Assembly (NCBI RefSeq): GCF_006345805.1
Contig: NW_021833293.1
Coordinates: 14,128 to 78,127, forward strand
Length of the DNA stretch: 64,000 bases
Reading direction: 5' to 3'
From: Octopus sinensis
Lineage: Eukaryota
Positions 37,999 through 52,130 of this stretch are shown in pieces. The notes beneath the pieces were generated by a model. The model searched no databases. It was given only the letters and a program-made list of their open reading frames with translations, and had not been told where the DNA came from. Each line of letters begins with the position of its first letter. Position 1 is the first letter of the stretch. Position numbers and translations under genes: made by a program.

Positions 37999-38300
37999 AT
38001 AATGTGGGTGGCTTATTAGCAATTTTAAAATCTAAATGCAAATTTAAAGACTTCCCTAACGTGACAGAGGTTGAGTGAGGTGCTCGCATTATTAGAAATA
38101 AACGTTAAAACGACTCATTAGCCACAGAGGCACTATTTGAAATCACGTGATATGGCTATATATGCGGTTGCAGGGTGCTTTGTCTCCCTTGTCAACTTAC
38201 TAAGTGCTGTTGTGTCATTTTGAATATTTGAGCCATTTTCACTATTATTTCTAGCAATGCTGGTACCATTCTGTACCGTATATCACTTTCTCTCTCTCTC

Positions 38301-38336
<36 letters not shown>

Positions 38337-38339
38337 CGT

Positions 38340-38545
38340 GTGTCTGCGTGCGTACGTGTTTTGGACACTCAATCCGTACACATTTATTTTCTCTCGGATT
38401 TGTCGTTTTTCTTCCATTTTTTTCCCTATCAATACTTCCTGTCAAAAGAGCGTAGGCGCGAAACGGGAAATACTTTTATATTATTCCCGGGTGTGAAACT
38501 AATACACCTGCTTATTGTTCTCTCACCTGTTTTGTCTTTTCTATA
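38340..38545 (+). mobile_element. Decayed PLE-type terminal repeat with a hammerhead relic (38434-38473)
   Basis: TACTTC-CTGTCAA-AAGAGCGTAGGCGC-GAAACGG-GAAATA has the minimal HHR layout but a mutated core. Confidence 0.4.
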
Positions 38546-38612
38546 AATTCGTACTTATATATATATAGATATATATATATATAATATATATTATATATAT
38601 ATATATATATAT

Positions 38613-38727
38613 AATTTATTTTATAGAAGGAGCTTCTACAGGACTAGAACTGTTTCATTCAGATGAAGAAGATTTCATCTGAAGAAACAGTTCTAGTCCT
38701 GTAGAAGCTCCTTCTATAAAATAAATT
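38613..38727. repeat. Near-perfect palindrome, ~54-bp arms, 6-nt loop
   Basis: 38613-38667 versus 38674-38727; one extra base in the left arm. Confidence 0.95.
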
Positions 38728-38794
38728 ACTTTACTCTGCTATGTATTGAGTACCTTATTTACTGTGGTTAACCCCGACTCAACCCGGGACCTAG

Positions 38795-38831
<37 letters not shown>

Positions 38832-38899
38832 GAGGCGCAATGGCCCAGTGGTTAGGGAAGTGGACTGACGAGCTGGCCCATATCGATATTATAATGATA

Positions 38900-39105
38900 A
38901 TACTTTCTACTAAAGGCACAAGGCCTGAAATGCCGGGAAGGAATTAAGTCGATCACATCGGCCCCAGTGTGTAAATGGCACTTATTTAATCAACGTCTAA
39001 GGAATGGCAGGCAAAGTCGACCTCGGCGGAATTTGAACTAAGAACAGACAAAATACCTCTAAGCATTTCGCCCGGTGCGCTAACGATTTTGCTAGTTCGC
39101 CGCAT
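38900..39105 (-). mobile_element. SINE (21607 family)
   Basis: GCAAAGTCGACCTCGGCGGAATTTGAACT...ATTTCGCCCGGTGCGCTAACG is the reverse complement of 21620-21715-type sequence. Confidence 0.75.
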
Positions 39106-39349
39106 TCACATATATGTAATCATAATGACATGAATAAGACTTAAGATTTCTTTATCAATCAAGAATAGCTAATATAGGACAATATCGGTTCTAAGTGATA
39201 TTCCTCAACGCTGACGATTTGTAGAGTCATAACATTTTTGCAATGATACTTAGCAGCTTATTGCAAAACACCCACAGGGACAGCAATGGTTACATATTTC
39301 TTCACTTTAGAAACCTAAGAATGTCTTCAAAATTTATTGGAATAATGCA

Positions 39350-39621
39350 TGCCATTATTTCGAAGCACAGACGTCTGATCATAATACATGTGTATAATCC
39401 TGTTTAAAACACAAGAGCACTCATTTATAAATATTTAACATTATTCGCAATATTATATTTTATAATTTCAATATTTGACACTTCTTATCGTATGATTGTA
39501 TTACAGCGTATTTAACGGTTCCTATATAGCATCATATATATATATATAATATGATATTAATTAGAGACAAAACCACTATTTTTGGATTTATTCCCTAATA
39601 TTTATTATTATTATATATATA

Positions 39622-39680
<59 letters not shown>

Positions 39681-40005
39681 TAAATGTATGTGTGTGTGCG
39701 TGTGTATGTGTCTAGGTATGTGTCTTGGTGCCTGCGTGAGTATGTAGGCATATAAATGATGTCATCCGAAATCATTAGTCCGACTGGTGAATACACAACT
39801 GAATAAATTTTATATGGTAACAGAAAAATGTATATGAGTCCTTTTAATGACATATTAGTGTATATTGACGTTTGATCATATTGCAATTTCAATTATAATC
39901 TAGCCAATAATGTTAAATATTTATAAATGTGTGCTCTTGGATTTTAAACAGAATTCCACACACGTATTATGACCAGACGTCTATGCTTCGAAAAAATAGC
40001 ACGCA
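39350..40005. repeat. Old ~100-bp inverted repeats (39350-39455 / 39905-40005)
   Basis: TTCGAAGCACAGACGTC...AAGAGCAC.CATTTATAAATATTTAACATTATT versus AATAATGTTAAATATTTATAAATG.GTGCTCTT...GACGTCTATGCTTCGAA. Confidence 0.7.
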
Positions 40006-40034
40006 ATATTTCAGTTATTGTTAAGGAGAAGAAG

Positions 40035-40607
40035 AGACGAGCAAATTTCATATCAGCGCATTTTCTGGTTCTTATTCAAATCGAGTGGTACTCATTTGTC
40101 GAAATTTTTTGATTTTTTGATCGCATGCAAATGGTTTCAGGCAGTTTTCTGACTAATTTGATGTTGTGTTGCTAGTTCTCGAGTGGTTTCGGTGTATCTT
40201 TCTCAATGACAGTCTTTGATTAAACGTCATCGATAACAGATGGGCGTCTACTACGCTCACGACCTTCAAGGCTCAGATCTCCACTGCGAAATCGTTTAAA
40301 CCATATTCGAACTGGTCACTCACTGGTCATTTCCTCACCAAGGGTTTCGTTGATATCGCGAGCAGGTACAGCTGCTTTACGTCCTTTTTAGAAGTTGAAT
40401 AGTAAAATTCCTAGAATATCCATTTCAGATGTTTTTAACAACGGTTGAAATATAGCAATATTAATTCATTGATGCATTTGGGAAATCAATCTCTGTATTA
40501 TTGGACAAATTCCCCCCACCCAAATATTTCAAAAAATTTTAAGCTCCGCAAAATTCCGGTACAAATTCGTCATGGTTCAAAACGTTGCTTACTTTTTACT
40601 CAACCTG

Positions 40608-40610
<3 letters not shown>
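40035..40610 (-). mobile_element. mariner/Tc1 DNA transposon 5' fragment with TIR
   Basis: Minus strand ...INETLGEEM...WFKRFRSGDLSLEGRERSRRPSVIDD (mariner N-terminal HTH); TIR-like TATCAGGTTGAGTAAAAAGTAAGCAACG at 40610-40583. Confidence 0.75.
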
Positions 40611-40640
<30 letters not shown>

Positions 40641-41504
40641 TGTATGTATGTATGTATGTATGTATGTATGTATGTATGTATGTATATGTATGTATATATC
40701 TATGTATATATCTACACACACACATATATATATACATCTATATATATTTATATGTATTTATATATATATATAGATATATGTATGTATGTATGTATGTATG
40801 TATTTATCAGTTTCTTTTATATGATGTAATATAAGCGTTAACAGACACCATATATCATCAAGTAAGTCTAACAAGCAGCATGTATTCAATATACCTAAAA
40901 ACTGTCCATTAAGTGACATAGAACTCTACAAATGTGCAAAATTTCAATATGACATATAGAATGTAAATTAAACGCACGAAAAAAGCAAAACAAAGAAAAA
41001 GAAAACAAGGAAATGGACTGAAACATAGAGAGATGGTAGTAGAAAAGGAATCTTAAAATAGCCAACGGCTATTATATTTAATATTTAACATTTATTTTGA
41101 AAAGGTTTGTAGAATCTCATTACAGCTGTCTGAGAATTAGTTTGGAAAGAAGATATAATGATATTCTTTAAATGATGATGATCATCATCATCATTATCAT
41201 CATCCCCATCATCATCATCATCGTATTCATCATTGTCATCAACGTATTCCTCATCATCATCATCATCTGGTTTTGTTCTCTTTTTATCCTGAATCTTTTA
41301 CTTTTTTTGTCTTCTATTCGTTTTCTGCAAACTCAATGCCGACAAAGATAGTGAGTGAAAGAGAGGGAGGGAGGGAGAGATAGAGAGACAGAAAGATAGA
41401 GGAACACTAAAGACCATTTCTTTGGCAAATCTATTTCCTCTCGGACATTCGCTTATCGATCGATTTTTACGAATACTTTCTCAGAACAGAACAACTGATG
41501 GGAA

Positions 41505-41701
41505 ACAACCGCAACAACCACTACAACAACAACAACAACAACAACAATAACGACAAAAACAACAACAAAAACATCAGCGAAAACATGAACAAAAGCAAGA
41601 ATAAAGCGAAAAATAATAATCATGATAGTAATACTTAGACTAATACATGTTTTTGTTACTATAATAATAATAATAATAATCATGATAATAATAATAATAA
41701 T

Positions 41702-41769
<68 letters not shown>

Positions 41770-41840
41770 ATAACAACAACAACAACAATAATAATTATGA
41801 TTATTATTATTATTATTATTTTATTATTATTATTATCATG

Positions 41841-41879
<39 letters not shown>

Positions 41880-42326
41880 TATTATTATTATTATGGAAGA
41901 AAGCAGATGTAGAAGAGAGAGAAAGAAACCGTCTCGACATAAAATAGGAGAAAAGTAGAGATCTTTGTGTCATTTGTTCATTTAATTAACCTTTTTGGAA
42001 ATATATTGATAATGGTGAGTAAGGGTGTGGGGGAGACAGACCAGATGTCTTGGAATTAGTCGAATGGTGATGGTAGTGCTGGAGATCGTGCTATTTGGAT
42101 GTTGTGGAAGTGGTGAGGGTAACGGTGATGATGCTGGTGGTGGTGATTGAAGTGGTATGGTGGTAGTGGTGGTGGTATGGTGGTAGTGGTGGTAGTATGG
42201 TGGTGGTCATAATACTGGTTGATACCATTAATTGGTCGTGATGGTGGTAATGATTATAATTGCGGTGGTTAACTGCATGATGATGATGATGATAATGATG
42301 ATGATGATGATTGACGGTGGTTGCGA

Positions 42327-42357
<31 letters not shown>

Positions 42358-42560
42358 GATGGTGTATGGTGATGATAAAGATGATGATAATGACGATGTA
42401 GATAATGATGATGATGATATTGATGATGTAGATAATGGTGATGATGGTGCTGCTGCTGATAATGATGATAATGCTGCTGCTGCTGCGGATGATGATGATG
42501 ACACAGGCGGTGATGACGGTGATAATGACGACGATGTTGAAGACGATGATAAAATAAAAG
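41505..42560. repeat. Compound (CAA/TAA/TTA)n and (GGT/GAT)n low-complexity block
   Basis: Direct reading. Confidence 0.9.
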
Positions 42561-43159
42561 AAATGAATGAAACTTATTTTTTTAAGTAGTAAAATTATAT
42601 ACAGGTAGATGAAAAATAGTCGATAAGAGGGAACAGGTGAGACGGAAAGGAAACGGGTTGTTGTTGTTGTGATTGTAAACAGAACGGAGGAGGGGAAGAG
42701 GAGTGGAATAATGAAGAGATTGATAAAAATCTTGCTTTCGCAATGTTTACTTTTTACTCGCCAATTCAGACAGCCCGGTGTCCGTCTAGCAGACTTACCA
42801 TTCCTTATATCTCTGAAATGTGAGAGAACGGTGTATATTCATTATGTAGTTCTTCTTCTTGTTCTTAGTTGGGAGAGGGCGAGAGGGAGAGAAAGGAAGA
42901 GAGAATATGAGATATTTAAAATGAGGGAGATAGAGAAATAGAAAGAGAGAGTAAGAGATTTGTAATATATGTTACTCATCTAAATTAAGAGACAACCAAT
43001 AGATTGTTGTCCGGTGGACTTACCATACATTCATTATTTTTATTCGAATAATCACACACACAGACAGAATAAAAGAATTCGAAATGAATGATCGTCTCTT
43101 TCATTTTTTATTCTTTTCTCTTCTTTTTCTATCCTCCTCGTCCTTCTCAGTCTTCTACT

Positions 43160-43249
43160 TCTTGTAACACCACCTGCACCACCACCACCACCATCTGCAC
43201 GACCACCACCAACACCGCCACCACCATCACCACCACCACCACCACCACC

Positions 43250-43305
<56 letters not shown>

Positions 43306-43462
43306 AACCCTTCTTTCCCTCATTCTGTGTCATCTTCTTTCCTTGTCCACCATCACCGCCACCACCATCATTATCCACCTCCACGTCATTATCAGGATTT
43401 TGTTTTTCTACTCTTTGTTTAATTTTCCTCTTTTCTTCTTTCTTTCATCATCAACATCATCG

Positions 43463-43525
<63 letters not shown>

Positions 43526-43552
43526 ACAACATCATCATTGTCATCGTCGTCA
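43160..43552. repeat. (CAC)n/(TAC)n/(CAT)n block
   Basis: Direct reading. Confidence 0.9.
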
Positions 43553-45581
43553 TAATCTTCATGTGTGCCTGTGTATCTACGCAGAGAGAAATCCTAGGAA
43601 GAAAATTCTCAAACTTCCCTCTCTGCCTTGCAACCAGCTACACACTACACCCACTTGGAATTTGCCCTTCCCTGCTATCCATATGCACACACACAAGAAA
43701 TCAACAGCTTGCATGTGTACACAGCTAGCATGAAAGTACTTTCGCTTGTTTTCGCTCCGCAAGGACACCACCGCTTGCTATATCATTTACGTTATCCTGA
43801 AACATTAAACAACACATTTTGCCCGTATGTTTAGCGACCCGCTTAACGTCACAACGTCTACAGAACACAACTTGATCCTTGAAATTACGAGAAAGAAGTA
43901 ACCCTTATAATCGGTCAGCAAGCATTCTATATCATTCAATTGTAATAACTCAGGTAATGGAGAGAAACCATAAGAAACATACTCCGATAACACGAATCAT
44001 TATTAACGACCGATGGTGCGATATTTGTCAAGCCATCTACATTGTTGACTTACAGACCTTTGGGATTTCGCCCCAAGAAATTTGTCGGAAGTATTGTTAG
44101 GGACTTTCAGATTACTAAAATGTGACTGCAGTATTTAGTGTGCGAATACAATATCGAACCCACTCTACTATGAATCAGTAGCTTATTTAAGCGCATCACC
44201 GAGGATTCTGTTGACGATGCACTTCGAGTTATTCTAGCTCTTCTAATTGTTAGCAGTAAAAATTCGAGGCTTATTTCTTGGGGGGATAATGATGGTGGAC
44301 AAGGAAAGATGACACAGAATGAGAGAAAGTAGGGTAGTAGTAATAGTTGTGGTTGTGGTTGTGGTGGTGGTGGTGTTGGTAGTGGTGGTGGTGGTGGTAG
44401 TGGTGGTGTGGTGGTGACGGTGGTGCAGGTGATGGTACAAGAAGTAGAGGAATGAGGAAGAGGAGAGGGTGAGGAGAGAAAAAGAAGAGAAAGGAATTGG
44501 AAGGTAGGTGGGAAGAGAAAAAATGATGGAGACGATCATTGATTTCAAATTAATTGTTTCGGGCTATGATGTCAGGGTCGATAACATATATATATCAGAT
44601 TGTATATGTTGATATTTTTTCCTTCATCTATACGTACAAAATCGATGACAATGTTGTCAACCAAACTATTGAATCCAATTTGTCAATTGTCACTCAGTAG
44701 ATTAATGAAACTGCGTTTCAAAGGTTTTGACAAATGAATACACTGTATTGGGTTTTGCTTAATATTCCCCACAATTCAGTGTTCCTAAGGAACCTTTTAC
44801 TTCCGTATAATAACTTTCTTTCATGTGTTAAATATTTTTCAGATCAAGCGTTGTTTTTAAAGTCGAGAATGCGGGTACTGCCAGTGGAAATATCTTAGCC
44901 AATGAATTCTTGTTAATTTTTCTTTATTTTCCCAATAAAGATACTTTCCCTTCACTTGGGTGCCTGCCCTATTGTCCTGCGTGAATCATTATTGCGGGAA
45001 ATTTGAGTATATCCCGGTAACTCTATGCAACTATAACTGCCAAGAAATTTTGTTGTCAAGTGAAGGCCTAGAGAACTTGGCTCGGATCGCGTAATTCCTC
45101 CATCTTCGGCTGACAGCTGTGTAATTTAGGTTTTCCTCACTCTCTGCTTCCCTCCCTTTCTGTATATATATATATATATATATACAGCAATAAGAATATG
45201 GAGGGGATCAAGAGGTGGTATTCATCAACTTTTAGACATTATAGGTTTTTAAAACAAAACAATTATAAAAATATATATACATATATAACATATTATGCTT
45301 TACATATATAAAAATACCAGTAATTCTTAACATATATAACATAGAACATAGAAAGTAGTATAGTTTCAGCCAAGAGGTGTTAGTAGTCCACTTCACTTCC
45401 ATCCTTTCAGTGAACTGAAGTATTTGGTAGATAAGGCACTTGGGTGTGCCTCTGGGCTTCGTCAGAGAGTTTAGAAAGTTCATAAGGTTAAGTTATAAAT
45501 AAAAAATACATACATATATACATACTTTTACATATGCATATATACATAAATACATATGTATACAATTATATATGTATATAC

Positions 45582-45616
<35 letters not shown>

Positions 45617-45666
45617 TGTAGTATGTATGTATGTATGTATGTATATGTATACAAAGGAATCAGTTA

Positions 45667-46050
45667 TCTCTCTCTATATAAACGGCAGTTTGTCTGTGCG
45701 TTTTCTGTGTGTCTGTTTTCTCGTACCCTCACTCTGACCACGGCTTTCAACCGATTCTGATGAAACTTGACACACACATAGCCCAATGTCATAATTCAAA
45801 ACTAACGCAGCCAAAATTTTGAAAAGTTCCCCCAGATCTGAAAAAAATCGATAAATTCGACATGGGGTCGAGAATCAGAAACCCAAACCACAGACCGTCT
45901 AGGGGACGCAACTCCACCTTTTTTAACTCTCAAAAAAAATTTACCATAATTTTTTTTCCATTTTTTTGCTATTTTTTGGCTATAACTCTCTAAAAATGCT
46001 TTATAGTTATTTCCCTTACAAACCTGAGCAACGCCGGGCGATACTGCTAG
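45667..46050 (+). mobile_element. Non-autonomous Helitron
   Basis: Begins TC after A (TCTCTCTCTATATAAACGGCAG), ends with GC-rich GAGCAACGCCGGGCGATACTG then CTAG before T; no TSD, A|T insertion site. Confidence 0.75.
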
Positions 46051-46196
46051 TTATTATTATTAGGTGTATTATATAATTCTTATTAGATAAATCATAAACA
46101 TAGGAAAGGGGAAATTATCGAAAGAGAAATAATAGTGGAATTTAAATAATCAATCTATCTTAAGATTATTGTAGAATGGACAGGTATATAAATGAG

Positions 46197-46251
<55 letters not shown>

Positions 46252-46333
46252 GATAAAATAAAATAATACTAATATAATAGTAATAATAATATTAATAACA
46301 ACAACAACAACAATAACAACAACAACAACAATG

Positions 46334-46366
<33 letters not shown>

Positions 46367-46503
46367 TAATAATAATAATAATAATAATTGAATATATTTA
46401 CGTACAAACATAACCATAGGTACATACATATTTCATGTGTTGAGAAGGGAGGATTACTGTAGTAGCACGTATTTTTTTATATAATTATAATAATTATACA
46501 CAA

Positions 46504-46558
<55 letters not shown>

Positions 46559-46746
46559 TATATATATATATACACACATACATATAAATATGCGATATGT
46601 TTTCTATTGAGGGCTTCAGATAAAGGTCCACAATAACTAGGTTAGAGTTTATATTAACACTTGTGATATTAGTCGGCACTAAAAGTAATAAATTTCCGGG
46701 CATTTTTCAAGATATATACTCTTTTACTCCTTTACTAGTTTAAGCC

Positions 46747-49070
46747 ATGCGGTTGTTGTCATGCTGGAGCACCATCATGGTCTTTCTGACTTCCTCAGTC
46801 TGGGTGTTTCACATCACCACTCTTGTATGGGCCTTTTTTCCCAGCTATTGGTACATTTGTGTATAATTGAGTGTTATTCCGCAGTTTTCGTCTGTACCTC
46901 ATGTCGGGCCGTTGGTTCATACGGCATTGTGGAGAGGAGGATATCTAATTCCTTTTTGAAGACACCTGCTTCCACCTTATGCAAATTTCTTACTTTTTGT
47001 GGCATGGTATTCAAAAGCTGTGGGCCTTTCAACCCTAGACTATTGTAATACCTAGTCCTGAATTTAGATGGAGTGGACGGCACCTTTGATACAATGCAAT
47101 GGCGGCCAGTTCTGGCATTTGTATAGTACTCAATGCCAAAGTTAGGTACTAGCCCTTCTAGCATTTCCATATGTTTGTTATAGCGTATCTGTCCCGCCTT
47201 CGCTCCAAGGAGTAGTGTTGTAATTTTCTGAGGCTATCCCTATAGCTCATTCACTGCACTGTTTCAATCTTTTTAGTGTAGTGGCGTTGGACTGCTTCAA
47301 GCACCGCTGTTAGTTTGGAACAATGTGGTGACCATAACTGGGAACAGCAGTCCAGGCGGCCGAGAACAAAGGTTCTTCGCAGTGTCAACATACTTTTTTG
47401 GACTCTTGTATTGAAGGACCTCAGTACCCATTCTGCCAGTTGTCTTCATTTTGCAGCAATCTTGCTTATATGCATGTCCAGTGATGCATCATTGCACATG
47501 CCCATCCCAAGTCTTTCACTGCCCGTGACTCTGGGATTGTAGTGCCTTCGAGTCCTATAAATGTACATTGAACTTTATTTGTAGTGAGTTTATATTGTAG
47601 TTCTTCAAATTTTCCAGCATCAAAATGCATGTTGTTTATTGCAGCCCACTTGTATACTGAGTTCAGGTCTCCCTGTAAGCTTGTAACATCCTCTAACTTT
47701 TTTGCTGCCTGCAATAAGTTTGCGTCATCGGCATAGCTAGTAACAGTGGCTATCAGGGGGACTGTGGGCATGTCTAAGAGGGCTATTATGAACGGTAATA
47801 GCACCAGAACAGTTCCCTGGAGAGCAGCACTTACGAATTCATTTTCCGCAGAAAGGGCGCCATTAGTTGCAACCACCTGACTTCTGTTTTTAGCAAGCCA
47901 TGCAGCCTCTCTCCCACTTTACGGCGATGCGAAGGTCTCGTAGCTTATGACTTATCATGCCGTGATCTACCTTATCAAATGCCTTTGCAAAATCAAGGTA
48001 TATCACACTGACATCTGAATGGTAAAGCAGCTGTTTCAAAACCCAGTCACAATGCTGTAGGAGCTGTGTGAGGCATCTTCTTCAGTAGGTCATTTTCTTC
48101 TAGGAACATTATCAACTTTTTTTTTATGATTCGCTCCATGACTTTACTGATATGCAAAGTCAGAGATATTGGCCAGTAGATTTTGGCCCCTGCTCTGCTT
48201 CCACCTTTGTGGATAGGGCGTATAATACCTTTCAGCTTCTTAGGAAGTATACCACTTGCAAGGAAGCATTGGAAAAGTATCTGAAGTGGTTTCGCTAAAG
48301 CCTGCTTGCACAACTTTAGGAGAATTGCTGGAAATCCATCAGAAGCAGTGGTGGAGCATGAGCTCATTTCATCTGTAGCCGCTGTTACATCTGTTTCTTC
48401 AATGTTGATGTAATCGATGGCTGGTGCCGCCTTTTTCAGAGATGCAATTCAAAAGAACTCAGCTGGATTTGTTTATCTGCATGTGTCCAAGGGGGGAAGT
48501 GAAGACACTTTTAAATTGTTCGCTGTGAGTATCTCACTTATTCTTCCTGGATCTGCTGTCTGTGAGTCATTCCTTTGGAACAATGGTGCTATTTTATATT
48601 GTGTTGTAGCTGTTTCCTTTGCAAATTTATAGAACGCTTTGGAATTTGTTTAATGCTTTCCACAGCCCTTCTCTCCTCCCTCTCTATTCTTTCCCTTTCA
48701 TGCGAGAGTTTGATCTTGCTTTCAATTTCTATGAGCGTCGGTGTTAAGACAGACATCTCTATCCGTCAGTTGTCTATTCATCCGCTTTGAGATCTTTGAC
48801 CTATGTCTCATGCGACTTTTTTCTGTCCCTGGGAATCTTGTTTCACAGTGTGCTGACATTTCTTTCTGGGATATATTTAGCGCGTATAGCTTGCACCGTC
48901 GACATAAACTGGCTGAGTTTCAGATCAATGTCTTGCATACACAGAATATCGTAGCAGTATTTGTTTCTAGGTCTCTTTGCGGGTCGATTCCCATTTCGTC
49001 TCATGGGAATTCAGATTGGATAAGGTTTGACTCCTCCTGATAGGGTAGATACCAACAGTTTGCAGAGGAC
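46747..49070 (-). mobile_element. Degenerate CR1/L2-like LINE ORF2 (RT region)
   Basis: DGFPAILLKLCK..PIHKGG...PISLT..SKVMERII; LQGTVL..LPF..SYADD; C-terminal LKGPQLLNTMP..VFKKELD. Multiple stops and frameshifts. Confidence 0.85.
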
Positions 49071-49298
49071 CATATATAGTTAGTTCAACAATGTTGTGCT
49101 CTGTATATAAAGGCATATATGTGTTTATATGTATATATATATATATCTTATCTTCTGTCTTTCACTTGTTTCAGCCATAGACTGCAGCCATGCTGAGGCA
49201 CATATATATGAACGTAGACCTGTACACATACTCATAGTATGTATTTATGTACATTTTCATATACATACATATTTTTTACATATAACATATATAGACAT

Positions 49299-49369
<71 letters not shown>

Positions 49370-51551
49370 ATATATATACACCCCTAAACACACGGGCGTG
49401 CACACATGCTCACACGTATACATTGTTATTTTTAGGATTAATTTGAATTAGATTATTTGAATATGAAGGACACCAAGCTAGAGTTGAGATCCACACGTCC
49501 GTGAATATACCATATACAAAGAGAGCTGTATATATCCATGCAGAAAAGTATATAATGCTACTCTTACACATTACATTTATGTGTAAACAGAATTATACAC
49601 ATGCGTACAGATGTAGTTGTACATGGCATTACATATTCATGCACACCGACATGCATTTTCATGATCCAAAATAAGTTCAGATCCAACATATGTAAGTTTT
49701 CAGGTATGGTGTTTACAAAAAAATAAGAACACGAATATGTTAAAGGTTCACATTAGGTGTTTGAGACACGTTTTTCGTTGTAGAATATTTCGATTACGTC
49801 ATGAGAAAACCGTTTCCTTCAGCCGATTTAAAAATTTAAACACATTAAGTTTTGTCTCTATTCAAAACGAAAATAATTTCACATTATACGGGGGGCTACT
49901 ATATACTTGCATCACTAATTTTCTCTTCAACGAAGACCAACAGCTATTACTGATATGTATCCTGATTCATTTACATACCTAATTGTTTGCATAATATTGA
50001 ATGTTACCCAATAAATACGCAATAACGTATATATACCAGGTCCCTAGTGGGAATATAAATATCTACATTTCCCCACGGAAAATGTAGGTGTATCGATATA
50101 TTCCTGGATAAATTCTTTACTTTAGCCAAAATCACATTCATTAAAAATGAAACATAAAACATTTTGGAATTTGTTTAACTCAGATAATATATTCTAAAAT
50201 AATCAATTTCGTATAATTTCTTCATTAGGAAAACATCTGATTATGTACCAGATGGAAGGAAAATAAAACGTGAAATTTGCATTTCTGAGAACGAAACTTA
50301 CTGTAATACGAGGTATATATGCTTGAATGAAAAATGCAGGCGCAGTACCCTAGAGTATTCTTAAATATCGAACGTTGAACAGTATAGAACCAGCAGTAAT
50401 TAAACCGGAAAAAGAAAAGAAATTCGAAACATGGTTTATGATGTTTAAAATCTATAATAAAGATAAATGCATCTTATATTTTATATACTTAAAATTTTAT
50501 ATCAACACACACAAGCAGCTATTTGTTTTTAATTTTCGCGAAAAGAATAATTCCTTGCAAGTTTACACTTTAAACATTGGATATTACAAATTATATATTT
50601 AAAAAATTACATAATAGCAACTTAAGGAAAATTGAGAATTATAAAAAACTAGTCATTTTCTACTCATTGTGTTCATTAGCTTTCATATTTTAAATATTTT
50701 TCTAACTACAAATAGAAATTACTTTGTTATCTGATAATGCAAACTTTAAATAAATTAATTCTTTGTTTCTTTAGAAATTTATTTCTTTAAAATTTATTTC
50801 ATATATTCTCCATGAGTGTAATTCTATAACAAAATATTTATGATTTAAAACTTTGGAGTAATGAGTCTTAAGAAAATAAAATTAAAACAATAATATACTA
50901 CTAAAAATAAAGCAAAATCGATTTAGCTTAGTACAAAATAGTTTTAAAATCAAAAATATTAACCAATTTTTTTAAATACAATAACAAGCAAAAAATATGT
51001 ATAAAAAAGAGTGCACACTCTATTTTGAGAACAGTTTCAAAAATTCAGTTAGCAAATTCTATTTTTAGCAGTGATATTCTAAGTTTGTTTTTGTTTCGTT
51101 TTGTTTTTCTTGTCCTGTCCTTGTCCAGCCTTAATTACTGCTTGTTCTCTACATTCTCAGGTTCAATACTTATAACTTATCTAGGTGAATGTACCCGCAT
51201 TTTCCATTCTAATCCATTTTCTTCCACGCAATGCTTCCATTACTATGATTAATTACATTAAAATTTATAATTGAATACATGATAATATTGTAAATATTCT
51301 TTTCAATACAAATTTTTATCAAACTTATCAATTTCGTTTGCACCTAAAAATAACAAGGGATTAAAAGCAGCATATCTGTTACAATAATTATATCGTTATG
51401 CAATTTTTATTATAAAATATTTTAATTAGATAATTCTTAATTAGTTATTTAATAAGTAAAATGTTTTTTTTAATATGTTTTTAATATGTACATATTTAAT
51501 AAAACCATGTGAGTAGATTTGGTAGACTGAAATGGAAAGAAGCCAGTCGTA

Positions 51552-51595
<44 letters not shown>

Positions 51596-51714
51596 AAAAG
51601 CAATAAAGATTCAAGTTAATTTAAATGAATTTACTTGAATATGGTACCTAACTTAGATGCACCAAAAAAAAAACTATACTGTTTTAACAATACAGTAATG
51701 TGGGGTGATTATAA

Positions 51715-51854
51715 GCGAGAAAGAAGCAACAAGAATGGATAGGTTTTTAGTACAATCGTTTCATACAAGGACAGGCTTTATTTTTTAATAAAGCCTGTCC
51801 TTGTATGAAACGATTGTACTAAAAACCTATCCATTCTTGTTGCTTCTTTCTCGC
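51715..51854. repeat. Perfect palindrome, 68-bp arms, TTTT loop
   Basis: 51715-51782 is the exact reverse complement of 51787-51854; followed by (TA)n. Confidence 0.97.
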
Positions 51855-51890
<36 letters not shown>

Positions 51891-51939
51891 GTGTGTATGT
51901 GTGTGTGTGTGTGTGTGTGCGTGTGTGTGTGTGTATGTT

Positions 51940-52130
51940 GTGTATCTGTTTGTCCCCCCAACTTCGCTTGACAACCGATGCTGGTGTGTTTAGGTCCGGG
52001 TAACTTAGCGGTTCGGCAAAAGACACTGATAGAATAAGTACTAGGCTTACAAAAAAATAAGTCCTGGGGTGGATATGATTCGACTAAAGGCAGTGCTCCG
52101 GCATGGTCGCAGTCAAATGAAAGCAACAAT
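51940..52130 (+). mobile_element. SINE 3' half (4092 family)
   Basis: GTAACTTAGCGGTTCGGCAAAAGA...AAGGCAGTGCTCCGGCATGGTCGCAGTC. Confidence 0.8.

Noticed and set aside
39325-39385. Minus-strand GAAATAATG-GCATG-CATTATT, resembling a hammerhead stem III
   Set aside because: The upstream core is CAGACGU with no stem I or II, and the motif is not conserved in the other arm.
43577-43834. Possible host exon or UTR in non-repetitive sequence
   Set aside because: Short ORFs with no recognisable motif and only one plausible splice signal; needs RNA evidence.
44840-45130. Higher-complexity segment after an acceptor-like TTTTTCAG
   Set aside because: Frames close quickly and give no recognisable protein.
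45440-45475. Minus-strand CTGACGA-A-GCC(CAGA)GGC
   Set aside because: No GAAA follows stem II and no stem I partner was found.
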